64,000 nt of DNA, from the NCBI RefSeq assembly GCF_004010195.1, contig NC_057756.1:7251983-7315982 (forward strand). The letters run 5' to 3'. Under the pieces are notes generated by a model. That model saw only the letters and a program-made list of their open reading frames with translations. It made no database searches and was not told where the DNA came from. Numbering within the stretch: position 1 is the stretch's first letter; each line of letters starts with the position of its first letter. The position numbers and the translations under genes are program-made. This stretch comes from Chiloscyllium plagiosum (taxonomy: Eukaryota). Positions 1 through 12,887 of this stretch are shown one piece after another.

Positions 1-1880
1 TATGCTCCTCAGATCTTGTCTTGCAGCATCGTATTTACCCTTCCCCATTGTAAAACCTGCACTGTTGCACGCCACCTATCCTCTCCATAACCAAGGTGAA
101 AGTCACAGAATTGTGGTCACCATCACCAAAATGTTCACCCACTAACAAGCCCATCACTTGGCCCAGTTCATTACCAAGTACCAAATCTAATATGGCCTCC
201 CCTCTGGTCGGGCAATCTACATACTGTGTTAGAAAAGCTTCCTGGACACACTGCACAAACAACGCCCCATCCAATCTACTTGATCTAAAGAGCTTCCAAT
301 CAATGTTTGGGAAGTTGAAATCGCCCATGACTACTACCCTGTGGCTTCTGCACCTTTCCAAAATCTGTTTCCCAATCTGTTTCTCCACATCTCTGCTGCT
401 ATTGGGGGGCCTATAGTAAACACCCAACAAGGTGACTGCACCTTTCCTATTTCTGACTTCAGCCCATTCTACTTACAAAGGCAGATCCCCCTCGAACTGC
501 CTTTCTGCAGCCGTTATACCATTTCTAATTAGCAACACTACCCCCCCTCCTTTTTTACCACCCTCCCTAATCTTACTGAAACATCTGTAACCAGGAACCT
601 CCAACAACCATTCCTGTCCCTCTTCTATTCACGTTTCCGTGATGCCCACCACATCGTAGTCCCAGGTACCAATCCACGCCTTAAGTTCACCCACCTTATT
701 TCTGATACTCCTTGTATTGAAGTATACACACTTGAGCCCATCTCTCTGTCCGCAAGTACTCCCTGTCAGTGCTGCCTTCTGCACAGCCTCCCTACATTCT
801 TGGACATCCTGACAAACAGCTAGCCTACTTGCTGGACTACAAGTCCGGATCCCATCCCCTTGCCAAATTAGTTTAAACCCCCGCGAAGAGTGCTAGCAAT
901 CCTACCTCCCAGGATATTGGTGCCCTTCTGGTTCAGGTGCAACCCGTCCAGCTTGTACATATCCCACCTTCCCCAGAATGCAGTCCAATTGTCCAAATAC
1001 CTGAAGCCCTCCCTCCTACACCATCCTTGCAGCCACGTGTTCAACTGCACTCTCTCCCTATTCCTTGCCTCACTGTCACGTGGCACTGGCAACAACCCAG
1101 AGATGGCGACTCTGTCTGTCCTAGCTTTTAGCTTCCAGCCTAACTCCCTGAGCTCCTGAATGACCTCCCCACCCCTCTTCCTACCTATGTCGTTGGTGCC
1201 AACGTGCACCACAACTTCTGGCTGCACACCCTCCCCCTTAAGGAATCTGAAGACACGGTCCGAGACGTCTCGGACCCTGGCACCCGGGAGGCAACAAACC
1301 ATCTGAAGTCTTGCCCATGTCCACAGAACCGCCTGTCTGTCCCTCTAACTAGAGAGTCTCCTATAACTAGCGCTTCCTCCTCTCCCCCTTTCCCTTCTGA
1401 GTATCAGAGCCAGACCTCGCGCCACAGACCCGGTCACTGCAGCTTACCCCTGCTAGGTCATCCCCCCAACAGTATCCAAAGCGGTATACTTATTGTTGAG
1501 GGGAACGACCACAGGGGATCCCTGCACTGCCTGCTTCCTCCCCTTCCCACCTCTAACTGTTACCCAGCTACCTCTGTTCTCTGGCGTAACTATGTCCCTG
1601 TAGCTTCTATCTATCACCCTCTCAGCCTCTCGAATAATCCTCAGTTCACCCAACTCCAGTTCCAGTTCCCTAACTCGTTCTGTGAGGAGCAGGATCTGAC
1701 TGCATTTCCTGCAGATGAAGTCGACAGGAGTATCGGTCGTCACCCCTACCTCAAACATCCTGCAGGAGGAACATTCCACTGCCTGCGCTGCCATTACTCT
1801 ACACTTCGTCTCCAAAACAAGAACACTGAGTAACTTCAAATTAAATGCTTCAAAAAAATAATAATCTGGCAAAAATCAAA
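1..1880 (-). mobile_element. CR1-clade LINE, 5' part: ORF1 (Cys-rich N-terminus, coiled coil, SGNH/GDSL esterase) and start of ORF2 (APE endonuclease); degenerate, runs off the left edge
   Basis: ORF 1453-1872 (CSSC..CRKC, coiled coil) and ORF 868-1302 (CLPGARV, VHVGTND, DGLHLN esterase motifs) are frameshifted halves of ORF1. ORF 35-430 has YYRPPN, MGDFN, LDLVL and DHN endonuclease motifs. There is an in-frame stop after ITET near 630. Confidence 0.9.
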
Positions 1881-3599
1881 AGACGGGAGCCCTGCAGGTA
1901 GTTGGCATTATGTGTGTTTTGTGATGCCAGGAAGACAAAATTTGAAATATAAGTATTGGTGTTTGTTGCTGAGTCTGAGAGAAGTGATGAATCAGCAAGC
2001 AGCCTGTGGTATGTCCACCGGGGGGGGGGCGTACTTTCTATCATTCCATATTGTCAGCAGCTCGGTAGATGGGCTCGCTGCGTCCCTACTTCTGGACTAG
2101 TGGAGTCTAAGTTCATGTCCTATCTATGCTGACGCTAGATGATAAATGCACAGGAAAAGGTTGATTTAACTTATGATGTATACACTCACAAATTATGCTA
2201 CCCATTTTTTATGGGGATCCTATAACCAGTGTGGTAGCGTCTCTATCTTTCAGTAAAAATGCTGGGGGTTCCAGTTCCTTCTGCTCCACCCAGTTGTAAC
2301 AATATGTTGAGTACAAATATTGAGCAATGGCCGTTCCTCCATGAAATTGTCCCCTTCTTACTTCTCAAGTCAGTTGCAGTCTCAGGAAGCTCAGAGTAAA
2401 TTATTTGAACTGAAAGGTCCACATATGGAGTCATCTGATGCTATTGAAATGGCAGCCTATGATACCTGAGTTTAAACGTAACATAGAATAAACACACATC
2501 TCTGCACGATCACTGCAATAAGAATCAGATTGGTAATGGTTAAAGCTGTTCCTACAAAGATGATAGTATCAAAGGAAGGCTTCTTAGGAATATTCAGATA
2601 AGGCTGAGTTCAAGATTATGTCTTGATTGTGACAAAAAATTTATCTGAATGCAAATACACCTTCTGACATATTAACAAAGAAGTGTACAGTTAAAGCTGC
2701 TGTCTTCTACAAAGCTGAGATGGCCTAGCAATCCTGAGATTGTATGTAATGCTTTGGAGATATGCTTTGAAATACCAGTTGGGCTGTGGATGAAATTCCA
2801 ATGGCAATATTTTATTTGCAAATGAAATGTGGTCTGTAATGCTGAGTGCGACAACACGCATAGATTGATGGAGAAAAGAAACATTGTTGTCACAGGAACG
2901 AAATCAACAGTCACAACCACGTCTTGACTAAATGTGACTTCAGTCCATCAGTAACATGTTTAACTCTGGTGTCACCACTGAAATAGACCAGCAGGGGTCA
3001 CTACCTTCAGTTCAAGGAGGTAGATTCAAGTAGATGTGGGGGTACATTTGCAGACATATGAACAGAGAACAGAGTGATTAGCAAAATAGTCACTGGACTT
3101 TAGAAGAATAATGTGAGGAACAAGGGTACTGGGGACCTCATAAAAACCTATTAAATTCTCACAGGGCTAGAGAGTGCAAGTGCTGGAAAAATGTTCCCAA
3201 TGACTGGGGAATCCTGAACTGGGGCGGGGCGGGGGGAAGGTTAATCATTTAAGGGTGCAGGTTATGCTACTTAGGACAGAAATCAGGAGACATGTCTCCA
3301 CCGAGTGAGTGGTGAACCTGTGGATTTTCCGCCACAAAAGTGTTTGAGGCCAATGAAGGAGTTACAAATAGTTCTTAGACTGAAAGGGATCAACTGGCAT
3401 GGGTTGAAATTCGAAGAGGGCTTAGTAGATTCTCTCTCTCTCAGAGAGGATACACACTCTGTGGAACACACTTCCCCAGTGAGCAGTGGATGTGGGCATT
3501 AGAATAAATTAAAGCGTTTGGTGAATGCTTGTTTAACAAAGGAGACATAGTCTATGTGATGAACAGGCAGAATCATTTGGTTCAGTTGAGAACCTGAGC

Positions 3600-4140
3600 A
3601 ATCTTGGTGTTGTTTTGGTCTCCTTCCTATTGGAAAGATGTTATGAAACTTGAAAGGGTTCAGAAAAGATTTACAAGGATGTTGCCAGGGATGGAGGATT
3701 TGAGCTATAAGGAGAGGCTGAACAGGTTGGGGCTATTTTCTCTGGAGTGTCGGAGGCTGAGGGGTGACCTGATAGAGGTTTACAAAATTATGAGGGGCGT
3801 GGATAGGGTAAATAGGCAAAGACTTTTCTCTGGAATCGGGGAGTCCAGAACTAGACGGCATAGGTTTAGGGTAAGAGGGGAAAGATGTAAAAGAGACCTA
3901 CGGGGCAACTTCTTCACACAGAGGGTGGTACGTGTATGGAATGAGCTGCCAAAGGAAGTGGTGGAGGCTGGTACAATTGCAACATTTAAGAGGCATTTGG
4001 ATGGGTCTATGAATTGGAAGGGTTTGGAGGGATATGGGCCGAGTGCTGGCAGGTGGGACTAGATTAGATTAGAATATCTGGTCGGCATGGACTGGTTGGA
4101 CCAAAGGGTCTGTTTGCATGCTGTACATCTCTATAACTCA
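3600..4140 (+). mobile_element. CR1/HER1-like LINE 3' end (ORF2 C-terminus plus 3' UTR tail)
   Basis: ORF 3604-4062 has LERVQKRFTRMLPG, RRLRGDLIEVYKI and FFTQRVVRVWNELP, followed by the typical tail gggtctgtttgcatgctgtacatctcta. Confidence 0.9.
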
Positions 4141-4410
4141 ATGGTACAGGAGAGTCGATAGGCCAAATGGCCTTCTCCTGCTCAAATTCATTAACTCAAC
4201 TGAACGACAAACAAGAACATTGTCTGTAAGTTTTAGAGGGGTTTCTGACATCCAAAGAACAAAATTATCACAATGATTCCTATTACTTTAATTGTCAATT
4301 GAGCCCTCTCCAACCTCATATAAATTCATTTTGATCACAACGAATAAAAATTACAACTAAAGCAGTCCGACATTCAGAGACGCCATTGAACACCGGGCAT
4401 TAGATGTGTC

Positions 4411-4960
4411 TGTTATGGATCAGGCTCGACCCCTTCAAAACATTTAGCGAAAGTAGCCTTGACCGTAATTTTGCTGGTTGTTCTAAGCAGGTGTAAGGTT
4501 ATCAAATGAAACGCAAACAAAATAGAACAGAATATAAAATAATCTAACCTATCCAAAAACTCAACAAATTATCGCAAAATAATGACATTGTTCCAAATAC
4601 TTGCAACAAACACACTTTGTGAAAAGAAAAGCAAAATTCAAGACAGGTTCTTAGCGTAGAAATATCACACAGAGAGCGAGGATCAGTATGGACCTGCTTC
4701 TTTGGGTCTAACAGCTTCAAAACTGACTTCTTCCTAAAACCAAACCAAACCAGAGGGAATCTGAGCTGGGAGAACTGACCATTGTACAAGTGATTTTTAA
4801 AGCATTTTCCCCGAAGCAGTATCTGTTAGCTATGATCAAATTATCTCCAAAATCCTTCAAATCTATACACCCTGGAACCTGTGTCTTTATGAATGCTGTC
4901 AAATACAGCATGAAGGGTAAAGCCATTATGAAAACTTGTTAAAGGAGCATCATCATCACA
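4411..4960 (+). mobile_element. Solo LTR-like repeat (family also at 36410-37147 and 52793-53695)
   Basis: Begins tgttatgg and ends catcaca (TG..CA). Shares ggatcagnccagaccccttcaaaacatt and ctgagctgggagaa segments with the other two copies. Confidence 0.6.
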
Positions 4961-5184
4961 CTGTGAAACCTGAGTTTGACCATGCCAACAATAATACCAT
5001 CTCTCTGCACTTTCACTACAATTAGAATCCGACTGTTAATGGCTAACACTGTTCCTATGAAGATGACAATTATCCAGCGAAATCTTCCTTGGAATATTCA
5101 GTAAAGACTGTGCTCTAACATTGCGACCTGGTAGTGACATGAAATTTCCCATGTCATTTCCCAAATATTGTCATAAAAATGTAT

Positions 5185-6500
5185 AGTCGAGAGTGTGGTG
5201 CTGGAAAAGCACAGCAGGTCAGGCAGCTTCTGAGGACCAGTAGTATCGACGTTTTGGGCATAAACTCTTCATCAGGAATGAGGCTAGTGGGCCTTGGGTT
5301 GCTAGCGTGCGAAATGGGAAGGGCATGGGGCAAGGGGGGGATATAGCTGAGAATGCGACAATTGATGAAGGTGGGGGAGAACTGGATAGGTCGGAGAGGA
5401 GGTTGGAGCGAATGAATGGGAAGGATGATGGACAGGTCAAGTGGGTGGTGCCGAGTTGGAGGCTTGGGACAGGCATAAGGTGGGTGGAGCGGGAATGAGG
5501 AAACTGTTGAAACCCACATGAATCCCGTGTCGTTGCAGTGTTCCAAGGCAGAAGATGCAGATCCTTCCTCCAGACACCAGGTAGCTAGGGTTTGGCGACA
5601 CTCTGTGGTGGAATTGGTCATTCTGGGAACAGATACGGTGGAGGTGGAGGAGTTGGGAATAAGTGATGACCTTTTTACAAAAGGCAGGGTGGGAGGAGGT
5701 ATAGTCCAGGTAGTTGTGAGAGTCGGTGGTTTGTGGAAGATGTACATAGTTGATCCATCACCGGAGATGGAGATGGAGATTAAGAGGTGAAGAAAGGGAA
5801 GGGTAAATGGTGTTAGTGAAATTGATGAATTGATGAACATCCTCATCGATGTAGCAGAAGAAAAGGTTGGGGATGGTGCCAGTGTAACTGCGGAAGATGG
5901 ACTGTTCCATGTACCCAGCAAAGTGGCAGGTATAGCTGTGGCCTATGCAGGTGCCCATGGCTACCCCTTTGGTTTGAAAAAAGTGGGAGGATTGGAAGGA
6001 GAAGTTGTTTATTGTGAGCAGCAGTTCAACCAAGCAGATGATGGTGTCAATGGAAGGATACTGGTTGTGACGGCGTGAGAGGTAGAAACGGATGACTTGG
6101 AGACCTTCATCATGGCAGATTGATGTATACAGGAACTGGATGTCCATGGTGAAGATAAGGCGTAGGGGGCACGGGAAATAAAAATATGTAGGGGGCGGAG
6201 GGTGTGGATGGTGTCCTGAACGTAGTTAGGGAGTTCCTGAACTAAGGGGACAGAGCGGTGTCAAGGCATGCAGATATGAGTACAGTAATGTGGATTTCAC
6301 CAGTTTCCTCATTTCCCCTTTCCCTATCTTATGCCAGTATCAAGCCTGCTGCTTGGCACCATCCTCTTTACCTATCCATCATCCTTCCCATCCATTCACT
6401 TCACCGTCCTCTCCGACCTATCACCTTGCTCCCGTTTAAGTCTCAGCCCTCTGGCTACAAGCCTCATTCCTTATGCCTGAAACATCGATTCTCCTGTTCT
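5185..6500 (-). mobile_element. Penelope-like retroelement remnant (RT fragment plus terminus) with a short inverted terminal copy at about 6290-6500
   Basis: Minus ORF 5758-6147 has NNFSF..FFQTKGVAMG and YIDE RT motifs. The terminal segment gagtgtggtgctggaaaagcacagcaggtcaggcag is shared with the other copies in the window. Confidence 0.8.
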
Positions 6501-6529
6501 TCAGAAATTAAGTTGATGCAATTTTAATA

Positions 6530-9245
6530 AGGCTCTTATTGGAACAGCATATTGTTATAGAGTTGGAGGCTGGCAATAAGCAGTTAAGAGAAAGGGAGGG
6601 CTTGGTGTTGTGAATAGTTGTTTATTGTTCACTTTTAGAGTTAAAGACTAAATTTATATTATTTTCTTTAAATAGTGGAATTTGGGAGTTCTCTGGCACT
6701 CATATTTTATAAGATTATGAGGCGACATGAGTTTTTTTGGGTGTTCAGTTTAAATAACAGAATGATTAATCGCCATGTCGTAAGAGTTTGGGGGCTCAGT
6801 CCGAGATTTGGATAGATTTGTAGAGGTTTAGACAGATTCTGTCTGAGATTTGGACAGATTTGATCAGATTTGGGGTACGAAATATTTCAGCAGATTTAAA
6901 CACTTGCTGATTCGTGTCCCAGCTCTTTAAATAAAACGCAGGTGAGACAATTTGTTTAATTTTGGTTTCTTGTGGTTAGTTAAATTGAGAGTGAGAGACA
7001 TGTGTCTTAAGATTCCTGAAGATGTTCTGGGGTTTGAAGATGCGTCCCAAAATTTGCCAAGAATTTTTAGTAAGTTTAGAAAGACAGACAAAGGACATAC
7101 ATTTGAATTAGCGAATAGCTTAGAATTGGGTTTAACCAGGGACAAATGGAAAGCTGAAATTGTAATGGCATTGGTCGAGCACTGAGGTGCACCAAAAACA
7201 GACAAGTGCAGTAGAGTTAGAAAAAACTTAAATCACTGTTGAGGAAAATGGAGTTAGAAGGTAAAGAAAGAGAAAGAGACTGAGAAAGAGAGACAGAAGA
7301 AAATGAGACGTGGAAAATAAAAATGAGAGAAGGTTCTTGGCTGAGCAAAAAGAGAGGGAGGAAAGAGAAAGGGGGAGGGAAAGAGAGAGAAGGAAGAGGA
7401 AGAGGGAGAAAATTTGAACTTCTGAAGTTGCGAATTCGTCAGGAAAGTCAAGTTAACAGGATGGAAAGAAAGAAGGTAGTAATGTATACAAATATGTTAA
7501 AACATTGACACATTTTGATGGGAAACGTCGAAGCCTTCTTTATTTCATTTGAAATATTGGCTGGGCAGATGGAGCGGTCAGAGAATTTACGGGTGATGCT
7601 AGTTCACACTAAGTTGGTAGGCAGAGTTAGTGAGGTATTTGCAGTGCTGTCAGATGAGGGATCAAGAGATGGTGCAAATGTAAAACAGTCTATTTTGAAT
7701 GCTTTTGAATTGGTCCCACACGCATACACACAGCAGCCCAGAAATATAAAGGAACAAACAGGTCAGACTTATGTTGAGTTCGAAAGAATAAAACATGGTA
7801 ATTTTGATAGAACGGTGTGGGCCTTAAAAATAGACTTATGAGGCTGTAAAACAGATTATTATGCTCGAGGAGTTTAAAAAACTCATTTCCAGAGATGATA
7901 AGAATTCATGTGGATAAACAGAAAGTACAAGAATTGAAAAGAGCGGCAGAGATGGCAGATGACTGTGCATTGATGCATCAGGCAAAAAATTAGCTTCACA
8001 CAGGAATTTAATCCTGTGAGGATAAGAAATTGGGAGAATAGGCGATCCTACAGAAGAAAACAAAGATTAGAGCGCACTTGTAATAGCTTCACACAGAATG
8101 TCAAAAGAAGCCCTAGACGGTGAAAAGGAGGTGAAAGGCCTCAGGTGTTTCCACTGTGGTAAGCTGGGACACGTAAAGTCACAGTGCTGGTTGTTGAAGG
8201 AAGGCACTGTGGTAAAAAAATGTGGAAAAAGAGGTTAAGCCATTGGGATTAATGCAAGTAGTCGAGGACACCCTAAGAAAAGTCGAGGAGCTGCAGAAGA
8301 ATGTACAGCCGAGGCAAGGGCTGGGGATTGAGTTAGTGCCCGATCTCCAGAAAGAATTCGCCTCTGTGGGTAAAGTGTTTTCAGGAAGAACAGGGGTAGA
8401 AGGGAAAGAAGTTATTATTTTGAGATATACAGGATCTAATCAGTCTCTGATAATAAAAGATTAACATTTTTGCACTGTTTCTGACATGTTAGTCGAGACG
8501 GTGTTAATTTGTGGAATAGGTGGACAGAAATTTAGTTTTCCTCTGAGTAAAGTCAGGTTGGAGATCCAAAGCCAGACTGGGGAAGTAACAGTGAGAGTGA
8601 TTGACAAAGTGTCAGTCCCAGGAATACAGTTCGTTGCTGGGAACAATTTAGCAGGATCCAAGGTTGGAGTGACAAACCTTGTTATGGAGAAACCAAAGGA
8701 AGAATAGGGAATGGAGAAGGTAAGAGGAAAATGCCCTTGATTTTTTCCAGACTGTGTAGTAACAATATCCTACTATCATAAATCACAGCAAGAAGCGAAA
8801 CAAAAGTAAAGAGAAAGACGAACGAGTTGAAGATTTGTTAGCAGACACCCTGCTTGATGTAATGGTGCAGGAAAAATATGCATACTCATAAAAGGAATCA
8901 GGATGTATTCCTCAGGGGTATTATCTGAGAGATAGAATCCTCAGATGAAAATGGAAATCACAGCAGGTTAAAGCAGAGGAGAAACGGGTGAAATGCACCA
9001 GATTGTGTTCCTGGTAGCATTCAGACAGGACCTGTTATGGGTAGCACATGAATTATCCATAGGATGTCACCAAGGTACAAAAGCATTTTGTTTTGGCATG
9101 GACTGCACAAGGATGTGGTAAAGGTTTGGCATACATGTCAAATATGCCACTGGTGATAATGAAACCAGCACCTTTGTTGCCAATTCTCACATTTGAAGAA
9201 CCTTTCACATGGTTTATGATTGATTGTGTAGGTCCCCTCCCAGTT
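6530..9245 (+). mobile_element. Degenerate Ty3/Gypsy LTR retrotransposon, Gmr1-like: partial 5' LTR, tRNA-Pro-like PBS, gag with zinc knuckle, protease, then integrase N-terminus
   Basis: LTR 3' part (6530-6785) matches the LTR at 44670-44908. PBS-like tgggggctcagtccgagat at 6789-6807. CFHCGKLGHVKSQC at 8146-8187. ILRYTGS (degenerate LRDTG protease) near 8415-8435. Integrase-like WHGLHKDVV and EEPF..IDCVGPLP at 9090-9243. Many stops and frameshifts. Confidence 0.8.
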
Positions 9246-9614
9246 CGTCACTGGAACGGTGTGTTAATTAGCAGGGGAAAACCAACAATGTGAAGGCAAT
9301 GGTCTCGTATTGACACTTGTTAACTACACGCTAGGATTTTTCCTCTTTTCAGAATGTCTCACTTGTCAATGTGGCTCCCATTTCTCAGCCTTGCAAGCAT
9401 CATAGGAAAAATGAATTAAATTTCCAAAGGCTGTTTTGAAAGTTGCAATACACTTTGCACATTGAACTAAGGCCAGTAGTAGCCTCTGGGTCTGCCTTGT
9501 AGATGTTACCAATTAAACTGATTCCCATTGACCAAGAATTGAATCGACTAGCCATATAAATATGATAGCTACCAGTGCAGGTCAGAGACTCGGAATTATG
9601 CAGCAAATAAGTGG

Positions 9615-10155
9615 GAAGCTAGGGAAGTGATTGCTGGACCCCTTGTTGAGATATTTGCATTATCGATATCCACAGGTGGGGTACCTGAAAACTGGGGTTT
9701 GGCTAATGTGATGTTATTATTTCACAAAGGTGGTAAGGAAAAGCCAGCGAAGTTAGACTAGTGAGCCTGACATCAGTGGTGGGCAAGTTGTTGGAGGCGA
9801 TTTTGAGGTTCAGGATTTTCAGGTATTTGTAAAGGCAAAGACTGAATAGAAAGAGTCAACATGGCTTTGTGTGTGGGAAGTTGTGTCTCACTAATTTGAC
9901 TGTATTTTCTGAGGAAGTGACCAAGAGATTGATGAAAGCAGAGTAGTACGCATTGTCTATGTGGACTTCAGTAAAGTGTTAGACAAGGTTCTGCATGGTA
10001 AACTATTCAGCAAGTTTTGATCACATGGAATCCAGAGGGAGTTAACCAATTGGATTCAAAATTGGCTTGAAGGGAGAAGACAGAAGGTGGTTGTGGAGGG
10101 TTGTGTTTCCAAACGGAGGCCTCTAAGCAGTGGTGAGCCCCAAATATCAGTGCCG
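9615..10155 (+). mobile_element. CR1-like LINE RT fragment
   Basis: Degenerate WxxANVxxLFxKG, SLTSVVGKLLE, SQHGF and YVDFSK motifs. Paralogous fragments lie at about 25688-26080 and 51960-52450. Confidence 0.75.
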
Positions 10156-10199
10156 TGACTTTGCTTACCAACCCATTACTTTCTGTTTCATGAAGGGCA

Positions 10200-10780
10200 A
10201 TTGAATTGAATTGAATTTATTGTCATGTGCTCCGAGGCACGGCGAAAAGCTTTGTCTTGTGAGCAATACAGGCAGATCACAGAGTTAAATAGCATAGACA
10301 AGTAAGTAATAGATAGCAGCAAAAACTAAAACACCGGTACAGACGAATGTTAAGAGTTTTTGAGTCCATTCAGTGTTCTAACAACAGTAGGGTAGAAACT
10401 GCTGGTGTGTGTGTGTGTTCATGTTCCTGTACCTTCCCCCCGATAGTAGAGTTTGTAAAAAAACCATTGCCAGGGTGGGAAGGATCTTTGAGAATGCTGG
10501 CAGCCTTGCCTTGACAGCGGGCCTGGTGTGTGGACTCTATGGATGAGCGTTTGGCCTTCGTGATTGTCCGGGCTGAGTTCACCACTCTCTGTAACCTTAG
10601 ACAATCTTGAATGGTACAGTTGCCAAACCAGGTAGTGACAAATCCAGACAGAATTCTCTTGATGGTGCACCTATAAAAGTTGGCATCGGTATTCTCTGTC
10701 ATGCCAAATTTCCTCAGCTGCCTGAAGAAGAGACGTTGTTAGTCCTTTGTCACCAGTGCGTAAACATAAAGAGTCCAAGA
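10200..10780 (-). mobile_element. Non-LTR retrotransposon 3' fragment (Rex1/Babar-like) with (ttcaa)n tail
   Basis: Minus ORF 10370-10702 has NFYRCTIxxILSG..WFGNC..RLQRVVNSA..ILKDPSHPG. A ttgaa repeat tail is at 10200-10216. Confidence 0.65.
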
Positions 10781-11214
10781 CTAGCAGATACATGAGGGCA
10801 CCAAGTTCCCCTCAAAGCCATGCACCATTCAGACTTGGAAGGAGGTCGCCACAGAAACAGAGGTGCTGTGTCACAGTATTGATAACACCTTCTAACCTCA
10901 AGGTGGCTGCTCTAATCTCCAGAAAGGGCCATGTTGTAGGAAGGAAAATCAGACCATTTTTGAGAGGCAAATTATGAATACTCAATTAATGTTGGATCAT
11001 ATCACACACATGAATGAAAAGAAAATCAACAGCCCCTTAAATGAATGACGCACCTACTTCAATTACCCCGTGTCACAGAAATATTGCTAGTGTTGAAAAG
11101 TGTTTCATTCCCACTGTTAGTAATCTTCATCCTAATGAGGTATTCCCCTTCATCTCTCTGCCTGAAGTCTTTTATTAACAATGAACATGGTTTGTTTGTC
11201 CAGTGCCCTCTCGA

Positions 11215-11512
11215 TGGTGGCAAAGTGGCTCAGTGGTTAGCACAGCTACCTCACAGCACTAAGGTCCCAAGTTCAATTCCAATCTCGGGCGACTGTCTGT
11301 GTGGAGTTTGCACATTTTCTCTGTGTCTGAGTAGGTTTCCTCCCACAGTCCAAAGATGTGCAGGTTAGGTGAATTGGCCATGCTAAATTGCCCATAATGT
11401 TAGGTGCATCAGTCAGAGAGAAAATGGATCTGGGTGGGTTACTCTTTGAAGGGTCAGTGTGGCCTTGTTGGGCCAAAGGGCCTGTTTCCACGCTGTGGGG
11501 AATCTAGTCTAA
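11215..11512 (+). mobile_element. tRNA-derived SINE (HE1-like)
   Basis: A/B-box head gtggctcagtggttagcac..agttcaattcc, core tgtggagtttgcacatt..aggtgaattggccatgctaaattgccc, LINE-like tail gggcctgtttcc. Confidence 0.85.
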
Positions 11513-11974
11513 TTCCCTTCTATCTTTATATTCAAGGTTCACATTGCCTGGGTTTCTGTGACTGGAGAAAACACCTGGGCAAACATCTGGTTCCCGGTTT
11601 GGGACTGCTCTTTTACCAGAGAACGATCGATTTCTGTCACTGCTGGGTAATCAAATGCACACGGGATCGCTGCGCTTGACCTGATCACAGGCAACCTTCT
11701 GAGACCACCGGGAACTATGGACACCTGAATAATAAAAAATGCGTTCGAACTCCAGTGAACTCAGTAATGAGAAGCAAAACAAACTATTCCTTTAAATGAC
11801 AGTCAAACACTGTAGACTGAATCTTCAAACATCTACTATATATATAAATACCAAAAACAAAAACATACCCATCAAATTATCATTGAGAATCTACAAACTA
11901 CAATCAGTTTGAAGAAATTAAAATGCACACGTCTGTCTTTCTTTCAGTCTTTCACAAATTTGCTCTCGACTCTT

Positions 11975-12595
11975 ACCCTGAAGTTTGCAAAGGACATCGG
12001 CCAAGGTGACACATCATAATAGGGGACCTGTAGAGATGAAGGACATAACATCTGTTCCAGCATGTTATGAGAAACAGTTGATTCAGTTGTTACTGACTGA
12101 AGTAAAAGCATCGGGAAAAAGCTTGATGGAATCGAAATGATTAAGAAAAATTCAATTTTATTGGCTCAATCTTTTTCGATTAGAAATGCCCTGCTTTAGT
12201 GAAGTCTGAACTAAATAACTGCAAGTTTTTCAGGAAAGTCTAGGGTCTATCCAATGAGCCAAGGCCACGTTGCATGTTGATCAGGAAAAATATCCATGAT
12301 CCAGCAATTCCCGTCCACTGCCAAGTCAAGGAGGCTGTCTTGCTTTATGGACCTGAGGGACGACTTTGTCACTCAGAGACTGGTCCATGTATGGAACGAG
12401 CTACCAATGAGGTGATGGAGGCAGGTAAAATTACAACATTGAAAAGGCATCTGGATGGGGACATGAATAGGCTGGATTTAGAGGCATATGGGGTAACTAC
12501 AAATGTGACAAGGTCAGATTGAAATGTCTGGTTGCCGCGAATGAGCTTAATCAAAGAGCCTGTTTCTGTCCTGTTTCACTCTGTGACTCTATGAT
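11975..12595 (+). mobile_element. Ancient Gypsy pol fragment fused to a CR1 3' tail, upstream of GPCR copy 1 (same mosaic upstream of all four copies)
   Basis: Aligns by eye with 27040-27685, where the reading is clearest. Confidence 0.55.
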
Positions 12596-12800
12596 TTATG
12601 GAATCCATTGCTCACAGGAATTGTCCAGTTGTCGGGTTGTTAAGGTTACATGCCTTCTCTTTGGTATTTACCTATGCAGTCTCAGAACTGAATAATTCAA
12701 ATGCAACAGGGACTTTTTATCTCTGTGGTAATATATATTCCCCGATCAGTCAGGAATAACAATGATGCAACATTAATATTCGCTTGGGAATCCAACAGAT

Positions 12801-12807
12801 TATAAAA
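12801..12807 (+). promoter_or_regulatory. Candidate TATA box of GPCR copy 1
   Basis: TATAAAA lies 87 nt before ATG 12888. The same position holds TATATAA in copy 2 (27887), TATAAAA in copy 3 (39114) and TATAAAA in copy 4 (56351). Confidence 0.5.
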
Positions 12808-12887
12808 CATTTTATGAAAGCCTTAATACTATGTTCAATTCAAAGGTTTTAGTTGCATTACCCAGGAACAAAACCTTCGTATGTAAA

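Noticed and set aside
1204..1833. 209-aa plus-strand ORF and other ORFs over 100 aa inside repeats (5154-5921, 34465-35169, 59692-60315)
   Set aside because: Antisense or out-of-frame readings of CR1 and Penelope elements; not host genes.
7255..7410. Purine-rich low-complexity tract
   Set aside because: Degenerate E/R/K coiled-coil region of the Gypsy gag; not a separate feature.
12762..12776. In-frame micro-uORF MMQH* (MQL* and MMQL* in copies 3 and 4; read through in copy 2, giving ORF 27848)
   Set aside because: It lies upstream of the candidate TATA box, so it is probably not transcribed. Conservation is explained by duplication. It would matter only if the TSS maps further upstream.
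12831..12887. Longer N-terminus from ATG 12831 containing an NKT sequon
   Set aside because: This ATG is AGG or GTG in two copies, the sequon is absent in intact copy 2, and it sits at the predicted cap site. Not fully excluded.
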